Assembly (NCBI GenBank): GCA_964619725.1
Contig: CAZUFC010000004.1
Location: 75,420-139,419 of the forward strand
DNA: 64,000 nucleotides
Direction: 5' to 3'
Source of the DNA: an uncultured bacterium
GTDB lineage: Bacteria; CSSED10-310; CAZUFC01
In this document: positions 59,301 to 64,000 of the stretch, in pieces
Layout of the letters: every line of letters starts with the position of its first letter
Position numbering within the stretch: the stretch's first letter is position 1
The notes under the pieces: generated by a model
What the model was told of the DNA's origin: nothing
The model's database searches: none
The model's input: the letters and a program-made list of their open reading frames with translations, nothing else
Translations under genes and position numbers: made by a program

Positions 59301-59776
59301 TACGCTTCTTTTTCCTTGCCTTCCAGCAATAATTGCGGGATAAGACCCTTAAGGCACCCGGAAAATCCTATCAAACCCTCAGCGCACTCCGAAAGCGCTT
59401 CGAAATCTATCCGCGGCTTGTAATAAAATCCTTCTATGAAAGAAATGCTGCTTAACTTGTTCAACTTCTTGTGGCCGGTATTGTTCTCTGCCAAAATCGT
59501 TAAATGATACAGACTGCTCTTGCCCGATTTACCGCTTTTTTTATGCCTGGAACCCTTAACCATGTAAAATTCAGAACCGATTAAGGGCTTGATTCCCTTT
59601 TCCATGGCCTTCGTATAAAAATCGACAGCGCCGTATAAATTCCCATGATCCGTGACCGCCACTGCCGGCATATTGAATTCCGCCGCCTTGTCGATCAAAT
59701 CGCTTGTCCTGATGGCGCCGTCCAACAGACTATATTCAGAATGCACATGCAGATGAATGAAATCCGCTTTTTTCAT
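56309..59776 (-). CDS. dnaE: DNA polymerase III alpha subunit
   Basis: FIHLHVHSEYSLLDG, GPGRGSAA, FERFLNPERVSMPDIDIDF, KIDFLGL, YGFNKAHA. No intein seen. Confidence 0.98.
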   Translation of the reverse strand: MKKADFIHLHVHSEYSLLDGAIRTSDLIDKAAEFNMPAVAVTDHGNLYGAVDFYTKAMEKGIKPLIGSEFYMVKGSRHKKSGKSGKSSLYHLTILAENNTGHKKLNKLSSISFIEGFYYKPRIDFEALSECAEGLIGFSGCLKGLIPQLLLEGKEKEAYEQAGKFEDIFGKGNFYIELMDHGLKEQKKVNPMLIKLARDLSIPLIATNDCHYLEKADAEFQDMLICIQTRKKVQDRDRMKFSSQEFYFKSPDEMRELFSEVPDAVSNSVEIAERCHVKMNFQKSILPSFELPPEYTGVDFLKKLTDEGLQNRLEQNGINEAEQIERYKRRLEKELEIIIGMGFAEYFLIVWDIINYAKRNNIPVGPGRGSAAASLVSYTLGITDLDPLKYDLVFERFLNPERVSMPDIDIDFCKDKREKVIQYVVEKYGHSHVAQIITFGTMAARAVIRDVGRVMDFSYSEVDRIAKLVPETLKISIKDALKQEPELKRMMSGDDRVDKLIKASMALEGLARHCSTHAAAVVISKEALTDYVPLAYDPKSESNLALTQYSMDYISKIGLLKIDFLGLRNLTIIDKAVKIIEKTKNITLNPNEIPLDDKKTYELLGRGETVGVFQLESGGMREYLIQLKPNKFEDLIAMVALYRPGPMEWIGKFIDGKYGKAAVEYPHNLLEPILKSTYGVAVYQEQVLQMTRAIAGFSYGEADILRKVISKKKTEELVKQKAKFVKGAAENGIDTRVAEKIFSFIEPFAGYGFNKAHAACYAYIAFQTAYLKTNFPLEYMAALMASDMGNTDKIVNFINECRNMNIRILPPDVNESLHDFTVVGNAVRFGLAAVKNVGDAAIESIIESRKKDGKYESLFDFCERVNLKSVNRRVIESLIKCGAFDSFGAKRSQLIAILDRAMSIGQKFQKDRELGQRSLFGGFSFRDETVDRSLPDMPEWSKSELLSAEKESVGFYITGHPLLSIENELKHYVHSSSKQLKELEGKAPVRLAGIISKLRKLQSKKGELMAFAMFEDLEGLFEVMIPPSLFKEVRHLLSLEKPLITKGYAEKNDKGITVVAEKIITLEEARQMFLNRITINLPVSDITSKNLDQLREIFQDCSGECPVYFNLCYPPGNHIKNVLMEVCSDFHVDPGIPDLFNKIENAAGSDVVRFN

Positions 59777-59830
59777 TTTATATTCTCCTCGCTTTATCGC
59801 GGTCGTCTTTTTATTCGGGTTCCTTCGAAA

Positions 59831-62800
59831 TTACGCCAGTTCAGCAGCCGGCTCCCGCGTCCTGGCCCGCTCCCTCAACTTGACTGAAAGAAGTTTGGAA
59901 ATTCCAGGCTCTGACATCGTTATCCCGTAGAGGACATCCGCTGATTTCATTGTCATTTGATTGTGAGTTATCAGGATCACTTGCGAATAATCCGACAGCT
60001 CCTGAACGTAATTCACGAAACGATCCACGTTGCTCTCATCCAGAGGAGCGTCCACTTCATCGAACATCAGAAACGGACTGGGCCTGTAATTAATCAATGC
60101 AAAAAGCAGCGCTAAAGCCGTCAAAGCCTTCTCACCTCCGGACATCAGACTTAAATATTGTAGTTTTTTACCAGGAGGCATGGCAACTATGTCTACTCCG
60201 GATTCCAGCAAATTTTTCTCATCAGAAAGGATCAGATCAGCCTCTCCGCCGTTGAAAAGACGCTGAAATACCTCCCGAAAATTAGCCCGTACGGCTTCGA
60301 AGGTTTCCTTGAATTTCGATATGGTCGTTCGATTTATCCTGGCCACCGTTTTCTGCAGATTTTCCAGCGATTCCTCCAGATCAGTCTTTTGCTGCGTCAG
60401 AAATTCATGCCTTTCGTTCACTTCGTTGTATTCGTCTATTGCCCCTAAATTAACATCCCCGATTCTTTCCATCTTGCTTTTGAGGTCCTCGATCTGTTCG
60501 GCAATTTCTTCCAGGCTTTCTTCTGACGCTTCCATGCCCTTGAAAAGTTCTTCCGGCTGACTTCCAAATTCCATCCGAATTTGCTCTGATATATTATCAA
60601 CCTTCGCCTGCTGCTCAGCTTTCCGTACCTTCTTTTCCTGGAGATCGTTGAATACTTTTTCCCACTCTTTCTTTGCCGTTTTTAACCGGCGCTTGTTTTC
60701 AATTATTTTGTCTTCCCTTTTCGTCAATTCGTCGGAATTCTTCCGCTTTATCTCTTCCAATTCATCCAACTTTTGAACGGCGTCCTTATTTTTCTCTTTA
60801 ATCTGAATGATTTCCATTTCCAGATTCTTTTTATCTTCTACACGATCCTGTTCTGTTTTATGCCTCTGTTTTATTTTATGTTCCAGGTATTCTAAACGAC
60901 GCTCTCCTTCGCGCTTTTCTTTCCCCGTGGAATCTATTTTCTCCTCAAGCGAAGCCAAAACGACTTTTTTGGCCGTTTCTTCTTCTCTTAACTCCTCAAT
61001 CAGTCTTCTGTCCGATTCTGTTTTTCTATTCAGTTCATTCATTCTTTCAGTGATATCGTTTTTCTCCTCCATAAGACTTTCTACGGCATCTTCCTGACTT
61101 TTCGCGCATCTGCTGCATTCGTTTTTCTCCTCTTCCAGCATCTCCAGAGTTAAATTGTAATTCTGCTTTCTGGTTTCCAAACTTTCGATTATTTTGTCGA
61201 TGTGAGCGGAATCCTTCTCTATTTCGACTTTTTTTATCTGGAAATTTCTTAGTTCCTGTTCCTTGCTGTTAAAGAGATCATTCAGATCGTGCAGGACGCT
61301 TTCAATTCCCTCTTTACGGGCTTCTATTTGCACTGCCGCACTGTCGGCATTTTGAATTTCAGCTTTCAACTCTTTAATACGCCGCTTTTGCGCCAAATAT
61401 CCGAAATCTTCCGCCGATATTTTTCCTGCGGTCAGAGAACCATCGGAACGGATTACTTCCCCCTCAACAGTTAGAAAAGTGAGGTTTCCATTTTTTCTTT
61501 CCCTCAAGTTCAACGCGGTTTCAATGTCTTCAACGATTATAACGTCTTGCAGAAGGCGCTTGACGTGTTCGCGGAAGTTTTCTTTGGCCGATACGAATTT
61601 GCATGCAGAATCAATGACTCCCGGCTCATTCGACAGCTCCTCATGAGACGCCGGTTCCTCAGGCAGTCCGCTTACTGCTTTTCTCCACAGAAACGTGGAG
61701 CGTCCTAAATTTTTCTGTTTTAAAAATTCAATCGCCTCAAAAACGTTTTCACGATCACGTAAAAGGATGGTGTATATCCTGTCTTCCAGTATGACCTCTA
61801 TCGCTTTTTCAAAACGGGGGTCAACTTCAATCGAATCTCCCAATATTCCAACAATGCCCTGCAAATTCGATTTCTTCAATAATGCGCGTACCCCCGGGCC
61901 GATACCTTCCATCTTTCTGCGAATTTCCTCCAGGGAGTCCTTACGGGATTTGGCTGCCTGAAGCTTCGCTTGAACTTCATTCAACATAGCCGCAGCCTCA
62001 TCCCTTTCTTCCTCTTTATCGGCTATCTTTTCCCATAACTCTTCCTTTTCTCCTCGGACTGTCTCCTCACGAGCGAGCAATTCCTGGTATTCTCTTTCTT
62101 TTTCTTCCCTGGAATTATTCAAATGAACCGTTTCTTCGTTTAAAAGCCTTCTCTCCTTTTCCGATTTTTCAATGTCGCGTTTAACGGCGTTCATTCGAGC
62201 TTTCATTTCATTCATATTGTTCCTGGATTCAGCCAGCTCCGATTCCTTACCCAATAATACAGCCTTCAAATCCTCAATTTTTTCCTCCACATCTCTTATC
62301 CGCACTTTTTCTTCAGTTATCTTTCTCTGTATTTCCTCCGACTCGCTTCGCACCTCTTCCAGCTTACGCTTTAATTCCTTAAGCGCTTTGACGCCGTCAA
62401 TCAGCAGACGCTTCTGTTCCGCCAACTCTTCCTGCATGGTCTGCAATTCATCACGCTCACGTCGCTCGGAATCTTCTATATCCTCTATTCTCCTCTTCTT
62501 ATAAATGATATCGGTTTCTCGCATCTCGATATCGCGCTTCAATTTATGATATTCCCGCCGGTAATCGTTCTGAACCCTCTCCAGTTCCTCAAATTCCAAC
62601 GTTACGCTCTCCAGCTCATTCTCCAACAGATTCACTTCCGAAGTCTTTTCCGTCTCAATCCGCGTCGCTTCTTCTAAAAAATTTTCACATTCCCCTAATC
62701 GCTTCCGGAAATTCATATACTTCGTTCCAGAAAAAATCAGTCTTTTCTTCTTTAATTCTTCGCCGGCTTTCTTATATCGACGCGCTTTTCTGACCTGACG

Positions 62801-63421
62801 CTTCAGTGACCTTAAACGCTTGCTTACTTCACTATGCAAATCATTTATGCGTAATAAATTGTCGCGGGTCCTCTCCAGCTTCTTCAATGCTTCAGCCTTC
62901 CTGATCTTATATTTATAAATCCCGGCCGCATTATCAAATAAACTCCGCTTGTCCTCAGGCTTTGAATTCAAAATGAAATCTACTTTGCCCTGCTCGAGTA
63001 TCGAATAAGTGTTTTTTCCCACGCCCATATCCGCAAATAACGCCACAATATCTTTTAAACGACAATTCGTCTTATTGATCGAATACTCGCTGTCACCAGT
63101 ACGATACAATCTTCGCGTTATCGTCAGCTCTCGGTAAGATAACGGCAAATCTCCGTTCGTATTCTGAAAATGCAGGGATACTTCCGCGTATCCCGACGGT
63201 CGCTTTCCAGAAGCCCCATTGAAGATCACGTCTTCCATCTTGCCGCCCCTTAGTGATTTCGCGCTCTGCTCTCCGAGCACCCATCTTATCGCATCCGCTA
63301 TATTGCTTTTGCCGCAACCATTGGGTCCTACTATCGCCATTATTCCCTGCGGTACGTATATCTCCGTCCTCTGAGCAAATGACTTGAATCCCTTCAAACT
63401 TATCTTTTCAAAATTTATCAT
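59831..63421 (-). CDS. smc: Chromosome segregation protein SMC
   Basis: GFKSF, GPNGCGKSN, coiled coils, hinge domain, MSGGEK, FDEVDAPLD, ITH. Confidence 0.97.
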   Translation of the reverse strand: MINFEKISLKGFKSFAQRTEIYVPQGIMAIVGPNGCGKSNIADAIRWVLGEQSAKSLRGGKMEDVIFNGASGKRPSGYAEVSLHFQNTNGDLPLSYRELTITRRLYRTGDSEYSINKTNCRLKDIVALFADMGVGKNTYSILEQGKVDFILNSKPEDKRSLFDNAAGIYKYKIRKAEALKKLERTRDNLLRINDLHSEVSKRLRSLKRQVRKARRYKKAGEELKKKRLIFSGTKYMNFRKRLGECENFLEEATRIETEKTSEVNLLENELESVTLEFEELERVQNDYRREYHKLKRDIEMRETDIIYKKRRIEDIEDSERRERDELQTMQEELAEQKRLLIDGVKALKELKRKLEEVRSESEEIQRKITEEKVRIRDVEEKIEDLKAVLLGKESELAESRNNMNEMKARMNAVKRDIEKSEKERRLLNEETVHLNNSREEKEREYQELLAREETVRGEKEELWEKIADKEEERDEAAAMLNEVQAKLQAAKSRKDSLEEIRRKMEGIGPGVRALLKKSNLQGIVGILGDSIEVDPRFEKAIEVILEDRIYTILLRDRENVFEAIEFLKQKNLGRSTFLWRKAVSGLPEEPASHEELSNEPGVIDSACKFVSAKENFREHVKRLLQDVIIVEDIETALNLRERKNGNLTFLTVEGEVIRSDGSLTAGKISAEDFGYLAQKRRIKELKAEIQNADSAAVQIEARKEGIESVLHDLNDLFNSKEQELRNFQIKKVEIEKDSAHIDKIIESLETRKQNYNLTLEMLEEEKNECSRCAKSQEDAVESLMEEKNDITERMNELNRKTESDRRLIEELREEETAKKVVLASLEEKIDSTGKEKREGERRLEYLEHKIKQRHKTEQDRVEDKKNLEMEIIQIKEKNKDAVQKLDELEEIKRKNSDELTKREDKIIENKRRLKTAKKEWEKVFNDLQEKKVRKAEQQAKVDNISEQIRMEFGSQPEELFKGMEASEESLEEIAEQIEDLKSKMERIGDVNLGAIDEYNEVNERHEFLTQQKTDLEESLENLQKTVARINRTTISKFKETFEAVRANFREVFQRLFNGGEADLILSDEKNLLESGVDIVAMPPGKKLQYLSLMSGGEKALTALALLFALINYRPSPFLMFDEVDAPLDESNVDRFVNYVQELSDYSQVILITHNQMTMKSADVLYGITMSEPGISKLLSVKLRERARTREPAAELA

Positions 63422-63950
63422 GATCCCTTTCCTCGAGTTCTCCTCCCTCTTCGGAAATACTATTTTTTATGAAATTTGTAAAGGAAAAACGAATTTAAAA
63501 TAAAGAAAAAAAATGCACAAATTGCGCGGCTTATCGCTTGTCGAAGTTGCCTTTTAACAAACAGTTAACTCATCAAGTCATAGATACGGGAAAAAACAAG
63601 AGGCTTTTAAAACATTTATAATCAATAATTTATTCTTTAAAAACTTTCTTTTTATTTTTGTTTTTCGTTCATACATTTACTGGATGGTAATTTAAGCGGA
63701 AAGCGCTTCATTTTCTTTGCATTTTTTTTCTTTATTATTTTATCCGGGGTTTAAAATAAATTTTGAAAAAATAACGAAGAGCTTTTTCCGCTGTGTGTGG
63801 ATCCAAGTAAAACCAATTAAAAATGAAGGTCCCGGAAATTAATTACCCCAATACGGCAATGGAATTATTAAACAAAATGGACGTCTTAATGCGGAAAACG
63901 AGAAATTCACCCCATAGAAAATTTTAAAAAAAATAAGCCGCCCCCTTGAC

Positions 63951-64000
63951 TGCGTATTCCGGTGAAAGTTGCCGGCGATTCTGGAAATAAGTTTACCACC
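63951..64000. mobile_element. Terminus of an IS21-family (IS408-like) element, cut by the window edge
   Basis: Starts TGCGTATTCCGG and repeats an ATTC(C/T)GG...AAGTT...CC unit, resembling the TG-ended multi-repeat termini of IS21-family elements. No transposase lies within the window. Confidence 0.6.

Noticed and set aside
63620-63632. IHF consensus upstream of smc
   Set aside because: It lies in very AT-rich DNA where chance matches are likely and has no supporting element.
1-64000. Short ORFs overlapping well-supported genes; CRISPR arrays, tRNAs and rRNAs
   Set aside because: The overlapping ORFs are antisense or off-frame shadows without motifs. I saw no repeat-spacer array, cloverleaf or rRNA-like sequence by eye.

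Overview
This is a 64-kb bacterial chromosomal window, probably from a diderm anaerobe (inferred from PFOR, an LPS-type GT9 and a sigma54 system). Most of it is housekeeping: a two-component pair, rarA, tex, an M16 peptidase and surface-glycan operon, all four t6A genes (tsaE, tsaD, tsaB, tsaC), aspS, phoH-pgpH-ybeY-corC-era, nifJ and smc-dnaE-accA-pbpA-rodA. An IS21-family terminus starts at the right edge. The most unusual content is (1) a tdh / acetate-CoA ligase / acyl carrier protein / kbl operon directly downstream of three microcompartment vertex (BMC-P) genes, which suggests ACP-tethered glycine-acetate-threonine chemistry, and (2) a second microcompartment locus where ETF-quinone oxidoreductase is apparently co-transcribed with pduS and pduT. 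Also notable are (3) a 900-bp intergenic region holding an unassigned, roughly 360-nt structured minus-strand RNA candidate plus a phased DnaA-box and IHF cluster, and (4) an orphan mraZ with a catalytically degenerate ftsA paralog behind tandem NrdR-like boxes at a sharp local GC-skew inversion. I recognised no tRNA, rRNA or CRISPR array. All calls come from reading motifs by eye; no database searches were run.
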